Below, piece after piece: positions 25,988 to 38,789 of a stretch of DNA of 64,000 nucleotides. Source of the stretch: Camelus dromedarius (lineage: Eukaryota); contig NC_087437.1 of the NCBI RefSeq assembly GCF_036321535.1, positions 55,366,001 to 55,430,000 of the forward strand. The letters are read 5' to 3'. Numbering within the stretch: the stretch's first letter is position 1; each line of letters begins with the position of its first letter. The translations under genes and the position numbers were made by a program. The notes below the pieces were generated by a model. That model was not told the DNA's origin and did no database searches. It worked only from the letters and a program-made list of their open reading frames with translations.

Positions 25988-27249
25988 TGAGTATGATGTC
26001 TCAGACTTGAGAAAGTGGTGTCGTAGGTGTGGGGCTTGTGGGAAAAACAATCACGTAGTTCAATTCAGTACTGTAAGCTGGGAGAACCCAGGGGAGAACA
26101 GTGAATATGTAGTTGAATTCTTTAAACAATCCTTGAGTTTTTAACTGTATGTCAGACACCAGGGATACAATTTTAAGTACATTTGCACTTTAATATGAGA
26201 ACCTGACAAGTGAATGGTTACATGTAAAGTGGAACGAGCTGTGGGGGCATGGAGGAAATGTTCTCAACCTAATTTGTGTGGCAGAGAGCAGAGCAGCTTT
26301 CCCAGAGAAGCACTTGAGTTAATATTTGACACTGGGCAGGAGTTAGCCAAAGAAGAATAAAAGTTGAAGAATATTCCAAACAGAAGGAAGAACACAACCA
26401 AAGGAGAGGAGGTGGGGAAAAGTGTAATGCCTTTGAGAATGGAAATTAGCCTGTAAATCTTAATGGGCAGAACCCAAGATGGCTAATAGCGCTTCTTAAA
26501 AGAAGCCCCTTTGTGATCTCACCTAGAAGCTTAGTGGGGGGCAAATCAAGTCTCTCAGAGGTGTTGACAGTTCCCACGAGACCTGGTGAGGTCTGTAGAG
26601 GAGGCTTGCTGAACTGAGTAAGTGCTTGTTATGGTCTCAGAAGGACTTGACATACTTCAACATTTTAAATCTAAGCCAGAAGGACAGCAGTCTTCTCCTC
26701 AACCTCCAAATGTGAACTCTTCCCATGGAACTGTGAGCTCTTGGAGGGCAGGTACCTTTGTTGTCATTGTTAATGTTATTTAAGCACCTGGCATTGGGCC
26801 TGGTATGCAGTAAGAACTGAAAAATTTTTCTAAAATACTGAAACAAGCATAGGTGGATTAAATGATTGGTTTTCCTTACATAAAGCATATCACATCAAAG
26901 AACTATTTTTTATTTGCTCTTTTCATGGATACTGGAAATGATTGATACTGTTCTTTAACTCCTTGAACTGGTGGATTTCTCAATAATACATGCACATTGT
27001 ACATTTATTTTTCAACTTCGCAAAAATTATTTACTATCAGAAAATCTCTCTCCTACCCCAGACTCTCAGTTCTCCACAATTATCTCCATAGGTAATAGTC
27101 AGCACTTTCATGTTTTTTTTTTTTTTTTTGAGAAACAGTCTGTAAATTTATAAGAATAAAAATGTCTTTATTTTTTATTTTTTATCCAGATGGCAGGCTA
27201 GATTTCTCAGCATCGTTTGTTTGGTACTCCAGTATCTCCCCTTTATCAT

Positions 27250-27960
27250 ATATATTTTACCATGTGTATTTGTGTCTATTTTTGGATTATCTATTCCATT
27301 TACCTGCTTATTAAAGTACAAAATGGTTTTAATTATTGTAACATTTTATTACATTTTAATATCTGGTATTACTCCGCCTATTATTTTCTTTTTTTAAGAA
27401 TTTATGTTTACTTATGCATATTTATTTTTCCATCAGCTTGCCTAATTTAAAAAAAATAAGTGCTATTTTTATTAGGATTTTCGAGTATCAAATCAACCTT
27501 GAAGTCTTAAGATAAACACAGTTAGTCATGATGTATTATTGTCCTTTCTATATATCGCTGAATTCAGTTTGCTCATATTTTATTAAGGAGTTTTGTGTCT
27601 ATGTTTATGAGGATATTAGTCTACTTTTTTTATTCTTTTGTAATGTTTTGGCCAGAATTTGGTGTTTGGGTTATGCTGGCCTCATAAAACCAGTTGGAAA
27701 GTGTTCCCTTTGCTGTAGCTTATTTTTTGATGTGTCGTTGTATACAGCATGTAGTTGAATTTTACTTTGTGATCCAACCTGAGGGTCTTTTCTTTTAATT
27801 GTTAAGTTGAACCTATTTACACATTTTGATACGACAGTTACGATCTTTGTTCTGCCATCTTGATTTCTGTATTACTGTATTTTTCTAAATATATTACCAT
27901 ATTTTCTATATATCTTATTACTTTCCATTGTGTGTAGTTTTCATTTAATAAGACTTATAG
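27250..27960 (-). mobile_element. Old L1 fragments, including an antisense ORF2/RT piece (~27530-27720)
   Basis: gaattcagtttgctcatattttattaaggagttttgtgtctatgtttatgaggatatt...ggcctcataaaaccagttggaaagtgttccct is a typical antisense L1 RT segment. Confidence 0.7.
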
Positions 27961-30369
27961 TCTTTTTCTACTAGTGACTATAAATGTAACTTAACATAGT
28001 ATTAAAAATACTATCTTTTTTGAATATTGTCTTTTGACTTCCTAACATACACTCATTTACAACCCATTTTTTCATCTTCTTTTTATACTTCTCTATCATT
28101 CATTTTTTAAAGTTGCTTATAATTATCATCATTAGTTACATCAGTGATCAGTTATTTACATAATATGCTTCCCCTTGTTATGCCATCATCAATAATGTAT
28201 ATTAAATCTCCATTGTGAAACATAAGGAATTTGCATAATCATATTATCCTCACATTCTCTCATCCTTCACCTCCCTTCTTTCATTAGCTTTATTGGACAA
28301 ATTTCATTTTTTATAACATATTTTATTTTATTTATCATGAGGCATCCAATTATCACCACAGACTTGATGTAATTCCCGCCCTCCTAATTAACTTGTTCTG
28401 CTTGATTCAGATTTTCATTCTGGGGTTAGAGTAAGGGAGCCTGTGCCAGTGGCTGACATGCTGTTAGAAATTAAAGGGTTTTCTCTGGGCCCCTGAGGGT
28501 AGGAAAATAGTGTGACGAAGGGGTGGTTTTTAAAGTTCTGCTTCGTTTTTTTTAGCAAGCTTCCCTAGTAGAGCTCTGGACTTGGGGTAGAGTCCTGGAT
28601 TTCAGTCCCAGTTTTACAGCTGTGAACTTTGTTCCCTTACCTCTCAAAGGTCATTCGTACTGTCACTCTTCTTCATTAACAGGCTTGTTGGACGGCTCCA
28701 ACGAGATAGCTTGGGGGCACTTTGTATTATGCCTCATACGTATCAGATGTCAACAAGTTCTGATTTTCTCCCAGATAAAAGCCTTTGTTCACATGGAACT
28801 AAGTAGATTAATTTGATCGCTATCTTTATTTCCAAGTCAGTTGGCCCTTCTTGGTTGGGTATTAAGTCACTATTGCAAGTCAGAGGCCAGGCAGCAGCAG
28901 GCAGACAAAGGAGGAAGAGGCAAGGGAAAACCAGCTGCTAAACATTTATAAACTGACTCCAGAGGAAAGCCTGAACAGAGTGAATAAATTCCCTTGTTAA
29001 AAGAAAACGCAGTGACAACATTAGCACCTGCCGGCTGTGGGTGGTGATGCTGACACTGTTCATCAAGAGCTTCTGCCTCTCAATGCGACTTGACCTTCAA
29101 CACCAAGAATGACTAGCACTGACTGACAACATTTTAGAGATGAGAGAAGTGAGACCAAGAGGGGTTCAGGGATTCAGGCACCATTAGTATTTAGTGTTAG
29201 AGTTAGGTTTCAAAATCAGTTCTTCCAACTTCCTGTCCAGTGTTCTTTTCTTTAATAAATACTATTTTGTCTCCTTTATTTCTCTCTCTCCTCCCCTCCT
29301 TCTCCCTTCTTTTCCCTTCCCTCCCCTCTTTTTTATGATCTTGCCTCTGTTTTTTCATCCTCTGTCTGTCCCTCTGGGTGAAGATAACCTTTTAATGCAG
29401 CTTCTGCTTCTCTTAAGAAGCCTCAGAGAGGACTGTTGGAACTTAGCAGCATATGCACCGGCGTATCCCAGGTACTTGGCTGACAAAACAGCGTTGTTTT
29501 GTTTTATTCACGGTTTTGCCTTTGGCTTAATGTGAAGGGAGAGAGTGGTGGCAAGAGATAATTACAGGCTATGGGTCATTTATTTGTGAGCTGAAGGAAT
29601 AGTCTCTTTGAATTAGAACATTCACCAGACACAAACCAGGAAATGGGAAAAGGCCTGGTTTATCCTACAGGGTAACTTGCTTAACTAGTTGCTAGTATGT
29701 AGCTTTTGCTACTGTTCCTTATCTAAGATGAGAACACTAAATCTTATTTGTATCATAATTGGATTCATTCCCAGATTTTAATTAAAATTGAATTTTCATA
29801 ATCCTGTTGTGTCTGTAACCTCCCAGAAAAATGGAGGAGGAAGAGGAAAACTCAGTTTCTACAAGATTAACCGTGAGGTTAAAGCTATGACTAATCTTAA
29901 CCACACCAATTTTCTCACTGTTTGAATTTGGACAATTCACTTTAATTCCTGGGCTCTCAATTCCCCATCTATAAAATGTCAAGAATAAAAATCCCTGTCA
30001 AGCCTAACGCGTAAGTCATTATAATTTAAATGATGGATGTAAAAGTCTTTTGTAAATTGTAAAGTGCTAAAATAATTGCTACTTACAGAGTTCTAAAAAT
30101 CCGTATTTGCTTGCTAACTCTTCTGTTTTTTTAAAATATGCCCACAAGAGATAATGGTAAGGAAACTGACTCCGAGTGATCGAGGATCTTGTATACAATC
30201 ATGTAAATAGATGATGGTGAGGTCTGAACCGTGAGATCCTCGGATTTCAACTCTTCCTTTGTCTTGTACCTATTTTTTTACTGGTCTTCAAATGTAATTG
30301 TTGAAGGTAAGTGGGACCCATTTCATGACCTCTGTTCCCATCTGAAGTCTGTAATGAGGAGGCAGAGTG

Positions 30370-30610
30370 TAGCTAGTCTAGAGCTTAGAGAGCAGGTTCT
30401 GAAGTCAAGCTGCCTGAGAGCCAATCCTAGATCTGCATCTGAGTGACATAGAGCAAGTCACACAACAATCCATGCCTAGGTCTCCTCATTTGTAAACTGG
30501 AGAGGGTACTACTACCTCAGTCTGTGTTGAGGATTAAATGAGATAATACATACAAAATGCTTAGAAAAAATATCCAGTAGATAGAAAGCACTTGAAGAAT
30601 GCAAGCTTCT
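30370..30610 (+). mobile_element. MIR SINE (near full length)
   Basis: ttagagagcaggttctgaagtc...tgagtgacatagagcaagtcac...ctcatttgtaaactggag...gaggattaaatgagataatacatacaaaatgcttagaa. Confidence 0.8.
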
Positions 30611-32887
30611 GTGAGAGGTTTGGGGGAAGGACACTGGTTTAGGATTCAGGGACCTGGGTCCTGATCCACTTTCTTGATCGAGAAAGCCTCCTCCCCTTGC
30701 TAAATTTCAGTTTCCTCCTTTATAAAAATCTCTAAAATATTTTTTTGCTTTTTTGGTGTTGTTTGTTTGTTTTGAAATCCGTGCTTTTGTGATACTCTAT
30801 TGTAGCAATTTTCCCCCAAATCATTCATCTTAGAGGGCTGAGTGATTTTACCTAATCAATTACTCCTGCAAAAAATGTCTCAGAGAGGCTTTCTGCTGGA
30901 AAATAATGTTGCTGTCACAATGAGATGCCAACAAAAGCTGATCGGGAAGGTCAGGCTAACAGATGTCTTCCTGCAAGAGTAGGCATTGCATATTTATCTC
31001 TCCACACTGTTTAAAATTGGTATTCTGCAAAAAATGAGGGCTAGGTGACGCTGCAGGAGCGAGGCTTGGAAACCACTGGAGGTGGTCCCCCGTCTTCCTG
31101 TCTGTGGAGATGCTGGTGACAGCGGTAGCTAGGAGCTGCACGAGGAAGGCGGGAGGAGGGCATCCCAGACATTACTCCATCATCACCTCAGCCTTGCTCC
31201 CTTGGCTCCAAAGGCCAGCGAGCTGCTCCATGCCCCCAGAGTTCTAATTTGGCTTTCCTTTCTCAGACAAGATCTTCAAAGGGCCTCTGATCGGCTCTGG
31301 GTGAAACCAGCCCGTGGCCCGGGCGGATTCTGCTGTCTTGGCGTCTGTCAGTGTGTTCTAATCACTGTTATAAGTGTGGATCTGCGGAACACCTTGTAAA
31401 ATAGTTCCCTATTGCTCCAGCAACATCTCCTGTCTAGACAATCTAATTATGAGCACAGAGCAAACAACTGAAGTGTTTGCCGCCCCCAAGGGTTGCCTAA
31501 CTCCAGGAGTGGGGGTGGGAGGACTGCGGAGGGGGTGTGGATGGCATTGGTTACCTTTTGTTGACTTGACCAGAAAATTGAGTGCTCCAAAAGAATCCCA
31601 CTAACTTTTAATTAAAAAAGAAATGATCTGGTGGAAGCTGACATTTTGTTGTTTTTCCAAACTCAGTGGAGGTTTAAAGGTAGCGATTCATTGCCCTCCA
31701 ATCACATCTTTTTCTTGGCTTCAAAGGTGGTTTGTGGTCTCTTTGCTTTCAAAAAAAAAAAAAAAAAAAAAGCCACTGATTTAATAATCTGTTCTCCCAG
31801 CAGCATTTTGAAAATAAAAAGCAGCTCCCTAAATGTATGTTCTTTCCAAGTAGTAATTCGATTACATTCACTGTCTCTCCTGAGCTCTGGTCACGTGGCA
31901 GGCATGATGATGACAAAGTGACAAGACAAGGACTCTGTCCCCAGGATGTTTACGGTCTCAGGGGAAGGCAGACACACACACACACTGACACTTTAACCAG
32001 GCTTTGATTAGTCCTCTGGTGGAGAGCCAGCCATGCTGTGGGCACAGGAAGAGGAGAGAGAATTTCTCCTGGGAGATATGGGAAGGTCTTCCAGGGCTGT
32101 GGAATCTGAGCAGACGTTTATAGGATGGGCAGCATTGGGGCAGAGAAAGAGTGAAGAGTAGGGCAGTGCGGGCATAAGCAGATAAATGCCCGACTTGTGT
32201 GATCATGCCAGGTCTCCCCTGGGGCTCAGTTGCAGCTGCTGAGAAGATATGGTGAAAGTTTTTGAGTGGTTTTGGATAATAATATGAGCTGTTTGGGCTT
32301 TAGTCATCTTAAGATCTGAGATGTTGAAGATTTGGGAGGAGGCTTCTCAAACATTTGGCATTTTGCTTCAGGAAGGATGGTGACAATGTAAGAGATGATT
32401 TGGAAGAAACAACTAGAAAAAATGGATGGCTAAGGGAGAGATTCTCAGATTCTTCCAGGGTAGAGTTGGGAAATTCTAATGACCTGAGCTGGACCAGTAG
32501 ATGAGAGAAGAAGGGCACAGGTGTGAGGAGACTTGGCTGCAGTAGAACCTTTCACATAGGATGACCCAACTGGGTGTTCCTGGTATGGGAGGGGGCAAGG
32601 AGGAAGGGACCATGAGCCCATGAGTGGAAGATGCTCTTCATGTTTATTATTTGAGGTGCCTGCTTGGCTATGGGAAAAGTCGATGGTTGGGATAAACTAT
32701 TCACACAACTGACATTTATTGAGCATTTGCCATTACCAAGTGCCGGGCTGGGCACTGGGATGCCGTTGTGCTAAAGGGGGAGTTTCTGCCCTTGTGGAGT
32801 TCACAGTGAAGGGGCAGTCAAATCGTCATACCAGTAAATACAAAATTACAGCAGTGAAAGTGCTTTGCAGAAGAGGTACATGGGGCA

Positions 32888-33961
32888 TGTGAATTATCGA
32901 TTGCTATGCAACAAACTTATTTCAAAACTTGGTAGCATAAAATAAAGATCACTTGTTGTTTCTCTGTTTCTGGGTTAGGAATATGGGTGTGGCTTAGCTG
33001 GGTCCTCTGGGTCAAGTCACTGGGGCCACAGCATCTCAAGTCTCCCTCATGTAGTTGTCAGCAAGCTCAATTCCTTGCTGGAGGATGGCCAGAGATACCA
33101 GTTCCTGCCACGTGAGTCTTTTCTAAGGTACTTACAACATGGCTGCTGGCTTCCCTCTCAGGGAATAAGGGAGAGAGTGAGAGAAAACAAGAGAGGCTGA
33201 GCAAGATAGAAGCCACAATCTTTAAGTAACCTAATCTTGGAAGGGACAGCTCATTACCTCTTCCATGTCTATTCACTGGCGGCAACTCTCTAAATCCAGC
33301 TCACACTCGAGGCTGTCACAGAAGGACATGAGTATTTAAATGTCCATCAGCAGATGACTGGATAAAGAAGTTATGGTATATTTATACAATGGAATACTAC
33401 TCAGCCATAAAAAATAAAATAATGCCATTTGCCGCTACATGGATGAACCTAGAGAATGTCATTCTAAGTGAAGTAAACCAGAAAGAGAAAGAAAAATACC
33501 ATATGATATCACTCATATGTGGAATCTAAAAAAAAAAAAAAGGACAAACAAACTTATTTACAAAACAGAAACATACTCACAGACATAGAAAACAAACTTA
33601 CAGTTACCAGGAGGAGAAGGGGGTAGGAAGGGATAAATTGGAAGTTCAAGATTTACAGATACTAACTGATATATAAAAAATAGATAAACAACAAGTTTAT
33701 ACTGTATAGCACAGGGAACTATATTCAATATCTTGTAGTAACTTATGGTGAAAGAGATTATGAAAACAAATACACGTATGTTTCTATATGACTGAACTGT
33801 TTATTGTACTGTACACCAGAAATTGACACAACATTGTAAACTGACTATACTTCAATAAAAATATATATAATTAAAAAAATATTGTCTACAAGAAAAAGCC
33901 AGAAGGAAAAAAGAAAGAAAGTAGCCATTGTTGGAGGCCATCTGAGAGGTAGCCGACCACA
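32888..33961 (-). mobile_element. MaLR solo LTR (MLT1F-like), split by a younger L1 insertion
   Basis: LTR 5' end on the - strand reads tgtggtcggctacctctcagatggcctcc (33961 leftward). The body continues left of the L1 (gagtgtgagctggatttag...aagattaggttac on the - strand) to about 32888. Confidence 0.75.
33337..33879 (+). mobile_element. Lineage-specific (cetartiodactyl/camelid) L1 3' end, 5'-truncated, sense to TPRG1
   Basis: aaatgtccatcagcagatgactggataaagaag...ataatgccatttgccgctacatggatgaacctagag...aactgactatacttcAATAAA followed by an A-rich tail. Confidence 0.9.
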
Positions 33962-34739
33962 TACTGGAGCATTTAGTATAGGATTTACACCAAATTGGAA
34001 GGTGAAGATGAAAGAAGTTTTCTCTAGGGAAGGGATTCTGAAACTGGGATTTGAAGGATGAATAGGAGTTGACAAGGTGAAGGAGGTTATGGAGAGTGCC
34101 CAGAGAGAGAGAAGCATGTGTGTGAAGGAGGGAGGGAGCCTGGTACTTCCGAGGAACTCTCAACAGGCAACATGGCCTGCTAAACATGAAAGGGGAGGAA
34201 CACCAACATGGAGATGAGTTTTGTACTGAGATGTTTTGAAGGAGTTAGAGTAATTCTGCTGTTATCTGTCACTTGCACTGGGCATTCTCTTAAGAGTGAA
34301 TGGTTTCACAGTTAAAACTAGTTTAAAAGCCCTTGCTCTAAATCATAGGACAGTTCCTGGAACTTCTGGGAAACGGGTCTGACTCAGTAGGTAAAATGAA
34401 TAAAATTGCCCACTTATCTCTTAGGATAATTACTTTTTGTGTAATGAGATAATGTTCATAAATCACCCTGGGCTTCTTGGGGAAAGGCATTATATAAACA
34501 CAAGGCCTTATCAGTGATAATGGAAACAGATTTGCGGTATTGAAATCAGATGTGCCTCTTGACGGTGTGACATTTTACACCAGACTGAGAGACCTATGAA
34601 GTTCCCGTGAATTCATGAGAAGGGCTTCAGTTAAGGCATGGAGGCAGCACGTGCGGGAGGTGGATGGAGTGGGTGTAGGCATGGAGAGGTAGGATGGGCG
34701 AGGGGGAGGGCTCTCTTTTTAGCTCATTCACCCTGATAT

Positions 34740-35160
34740 ATTTTTTTAAACATTTTTTATTGAGTTATAGTCATTTTACAATGTTGTGTCAAATTCCAGA
34801 GTAGAGCACAATTTTTCAGTTATACATGAACATACAGACATTCATTGTCACATTCTCTTTCGCTGTGAGCCACCACAAGATCCTGTATATATTTCCCTGT
34901 GCTACACAGTACAATCTTGTTTATCTATTCTACATTTTGAAATCCCAGTCCCTTCCCACCCACCCACCATCCGCCTGGCAACCACAAGTTTGTATTCTAT
35001 GTCTATGAGTCTGTTTATGTTTTGTATTTTTTAAAAATTTTTTTAGACTCTGCATATGAGCGATCTCTATGGTATTTTTCTTTCTCTTTCTGGCCGACAA
35101 CATAATGCCGTTTGCAGCAACATGGATGTTACTGGAGAATGTTATTCTAAGTGAAGTAAG
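34740..35160 (-). mobile_element. 5'-truncated, 5'-inverted (twin-primed) young L1 with 16-bp TSD
   Basis: TSD TCATTCACCCTGATAT at 34724-34739 and 35161-35176. L1 3' end antisense at 34740-35094 and an inverted piece at ~35095-35160. Confidence 0.9.
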
Positions 35161-35444
35161 TCATTCACCCTGATATTGAAGAGCACTTGCCTTTGTTAAT
35201 CCTGGGTAAACGAGTGTGACTAAGAATGTAACGTGGGAGCTCTTCCTCTGGGCTGGGAATAAGACAATCTGAATTCTTATATATTCTATCTTCAATGTTC
35301 TTGTCCTTGAAAGAAAGTTGTTTCCCCTCTCAAAACCTTATTTTAGGTCCATGTAACATGAAAGGGGATTAAATTAGATGATCTTTAAAGTCTCTGCCAT
35401 CTTGTGGACTGATATTTTTTTTTCTTTTTGGATAAACTAAGTTA

Positions 35445-36334
35445 TTTAATTAATTAATTTGTTTATTTATTTTTATTGAAGTATAGTTGATTTACAATGT
35501 TGTGTTAGTTTCAGGAGTACAGAAAAGTGATTCAGTTATATATATAATATATATTATTAATAAATATATATATATATTTCAGATTCTTTTCCATTACAAG
35601 TTGTTCACTCTAGTTCCTTGTGCTATACAAAAGGTTTTATTTTTTATCTATTCTATATATAGTAGTGTATATGTTAATCCTAAACTCCTAATTTATCCCT
35701 CCCCCCAACCCCTTTCCCCTTTGGTAACCATAGTTTGTTTTCTATATCTCTGAGTCTATTTCTGGTTTGTAAATAAGTTCATTTGCATCATTTTTTTGAT
35801 TCCATATATAAATGATATAAATGATAAAAGATATTTATCTTTCTCTCTTTGATTTACTTCACTTAATAAAATAATCTCTAGGTCCATCTATGTAGCTGCA
35901 AATGGCATTATTTTATTCTTTTTTTATGACTGAGTAGTATTCCATTATATTATATACCACATCTTCATTATCCAGTCATCTATTGATGGGCATTATGTTG
36001 CTTCCATATCTTGGCTATTATAAATAGTGCTGCTATGAACACTGGGACATGTATCTTTTCCAATTAGACTTTTAGTCTTTTCCAGGTATGNNNNNNNNNN
36101 NNNNNNNNNNNNNNNNNNNNNNNNNNNNNNNNNNNNNNNNNNNNNNNNNNNNNNNNNNNNNNNNNNNNNNNNNNNNNNNNNNNNNNNNNNNNNNNNNNNN
36201 NNNNNNNNNNNNNNNNNNNTCTCCACACCCTTTCTAGCATTTATTATTTGTAGACTTTTTAATGATGGCCATTCTGACTGGTGTGAGGTGATACCTCATT
36301 ATGGTTTTGGTTTGCATTTCTCTAATAATTAGTG
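35445..36334 (-). mobile_element. Lineage-specific L1 3' end, 5'-truncated (spans a gap)
   Basis: ttttattgaagtatagttgatttacaatg...ggtccatctatgtagctgcaaatggcatt...gatggccattctgactggtgtgaggtgatacctcatt. Confidence 0.9.
36091..36219. other. Assembly gap (129 N) inside an L1 fragment
   Basis: Run of N with L1 sequence on both sides. Confidence 0.99.
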
Positions 36335-36801
36335 GGTCAATGATTTTATAACTGAGATTTTATAACCTCCTTTCCAGTATTGCCCCCATGAAATGAGAAC
36401 AATAAGTCAAGGAATATTATGACCAATGAGAGTTTTTCTTTTGGGAAAGTTTGACATTGGTGGCCAAACTTGAGCTTTTATGCATGTATTCTGCAGACCA
36501 AAGGAAAGATGGAACCAGAGGAGAGAAAATAGGCCAGAGCTGATGTTGGATAAGTATTTTTTTCCAGCTTCAACTAACATATTCTTCTCCTTTCTCCTCT
36601 TTTTTTATCCCCCTGCTCTTCCCTTAGTCTAAACTCTCTGGACCCAGCCATATAGTTCATATTTTTAATTTCATATTATTTCTCATTTTCTCTTTATTAA
36701 AAACATCCAAACAAGTATGAAGTTGGTTAAATTATTCTTTATTCAGATTTGCCTGACTACTAGATTGTCCATACAACAGAGGTTTACCTCACCAAAGATG
36801 G

Positions 36802-37213
36802 TATATATATATTTTTTTCACTTTTATTGAAGTGTAGTTGATTTACAATGTTAGTCTCAGGTATACAACAAAGTGATTCAGTTATACATATACATACATA
36901 TATATTTTTTCAGATTATTTTCCATTATATGTTATTAAAAGAAATTGAATATAGTTCCCTGTGCTCCACAGTAGGTCCTTGTTGTTTATCTATTTTATAT
37001 GTAGTAATGTGTATCTGTTAATACCAAACTCCTAATTTATCCTTCCCCCACCCTTTCCTTTATGTGAACCATAGTTTGTTTTCTATGTCTGTGAGTCTAT
37101 TTTTGGTTTGTAAATAAGATTTGTATTATTATTTTTTGGATTCCACATATAAGTGATATCATATATTTGTCTTTCTCTGTCTGAGTTAACTACACTTAAT
37201 ATGATAATCTCTA
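36802..37213 (-). mobile_element. Lineage-specific L1 3' end (5' part lost in the gap)
   Basis: cttttattgaagtgtagttgatttacaatgttag...ccacatataagtgatatcatatatttgtctttctctgtctg. Confidence 0.9.
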
Positions 37214-37353
37214 NNNNNNNNNNNNNNNNNNNNNNNNNNNNNNNNNNNNNNNNNNNNNNNNNNNNNNNNNNNNNNNNNNNNNNNNNNNNNNNNNNNNNNN
37301 NNNNNNNNNNNNNNNNNNNNNNNNNNNNNNNNNNNNNNNNNNNNNNNNNNNNN
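37214..37353. other. Assembly gap (140 N) at the end of an L1 fragment
   Basis: Run of N; L1 sequence on the left side only. Confidence 0.99.
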
Positions 37354-37899
37354 GAGAGGTGGACAAGAGTCCAGTCTGCTGTCTTTCCTAAGGAGTAATT
37401 CCCTGGCTTCTCATCCCTTCCTTCCTCCAAATACTCTCTCAGCAAATAAGAGAATGTGGCACAGTACTTTTCTTTCCAAACTAATCATTATTTATGGAAA
37501 TAAGTCTATACTCCACAGGACCCAGGATTAGAAACCCTGAGAACAACTGAAATCCAAGAGAGATTATAGACAGCACTGGATTACCCAACAGGCAGGCAAG
37601 CGCAGGTGTGTGGCGACTGCAGAGCACAGCCACCAAACGAGGACAGAAGTTCAGTCTTACGTAACTTATTCAAACTTTAAATCTATAAATCTTGAAAGAA
37701 CCTATTTCGTTTCCAGCATTCATGAAAATTTTCTGCTTTTTGATTTAGTTTTATTTGTATTGTGACTCATACACAAGTAGTGAAGGCTGTCATCCTTACA
37801 GCGTGTACAGGGTCACAGAGTCCTCATGCGGCTGTCAGTGTGAGGTGGGTAGTGGGACTCGTAGGGAAGTGAGCCTTTGCTTCTGAAGGGTGGCATCAA

Positions 37900-38235
37900 A
37901 ATCTAAAAAAAAAGACACAAATGAACTTATTTACAAAACAGAAACAGACTCACAGACATAGAAAACAGACTTATGGTTACCAGAGGGGAAAAGGAATAGG
38001 AAGGGTTAAATTGGGAGTTTGAGATTTGCAGATACTAACCACTATCTATAAAATAGATAAACAACAAGTTTATACTGTACAGCACAGGGAAATATATTCA
38101 ATATCTTGTAGTAACCTATAATGAAAAAGAATATGAAAAGGAATAGATGTATATTCATGTATGACTGAAACATTATGCTGTACACCAGAAACTGACACAA
38201 GATTGTAGACTGACAATACTTCAATTAAAAAAAAA
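37900..38235 (+). mobile_element. Lineage-specific L1 3' end, sense to TPRG1
   Basis: aatctaaaaaaaaagacacaaatgaacttatttacaaaacagaaacagactcacagac...gactgacaatacttcaATTAAAaaaa. Confidence 0.9.
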
Positions 38236-38246
38236 GTTACAAGTAT

Positions 38247-38365
38247 GGGAGGGCATAGCTCAAGTGGTAGAGTGCATGCTTAGCATGCACAAGGTCCTGG
38301 GTTCAATCCCTAAAAGTAAATAAATAGACCTAATTGCCTCCCCCCAACAAAAAAATAAATAAGTG
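38247..38365 (+). mobile_element. tRNA-Ala-derived camelid SINE (vic-1-like), internally deleted
   Basis: gggagggcatagctcaagtggtagagtgcatgcttagcatgcacaaggtcctgggttcaatccct followed by an aataaat...cctaattgcctccccc tail. Confidence 0.85.
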
Positions 38366-38789
38366 AAATATTTATTTAAAAAAAAGTAAACAACCATAAT
38401 TTTTTTTAAATTTAAAAAAGTTATATCAATGAAGACAGTGGAATAAAGTTATGTTAATGAAAAAAAAAAAAAAAGAATGGTATCAAGCTAAAGCGTGTCC
38501 CAGGGTTGCCTCATCTTCTCCTTCCACTCAGGCAAAAGCAGCAACTTTTACCTTCTCTGTAGAGTGTCTTCAGGCATCAATAAAAGAGACCCAATTTTCT
38601 TTTTCTACTTTTTCCCTCCACATTAGAATCATGAAAATTCTGCCTTTAAACCTTTAAATTAGCCTTTCGAGCAGGAGGAATACTGGCTAAACACAAATGG
38701 CCTGGGGTAACACTCTCCCATTTCTCCGTCTAAGAGGATCTCTCAATTGTTGGAGGCAGTTGTGTATCTAACTGAAACACTGCATTACT

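Noticed and set aside
36342-36366. Short direct repeats (GATTTTATAAC x2; also CCCTAAATGA-like x3 near 40317-40346 and TTTTCCTTGTCT x2 near 51922-51960)
   Set aside because: Ordinary slippage microduplications with no insert resembling a retroelement and no notable motif created.
38247-38310. tRNA-Ala(AGC)-like genes at 38.25, 42.06 and 61.03-61.10 kb
   Set aside because: Each has broken stems or boxes and is followed by a SINE AT-rich tail, two with TSDs; these are SINE heads, not tRNA genes.
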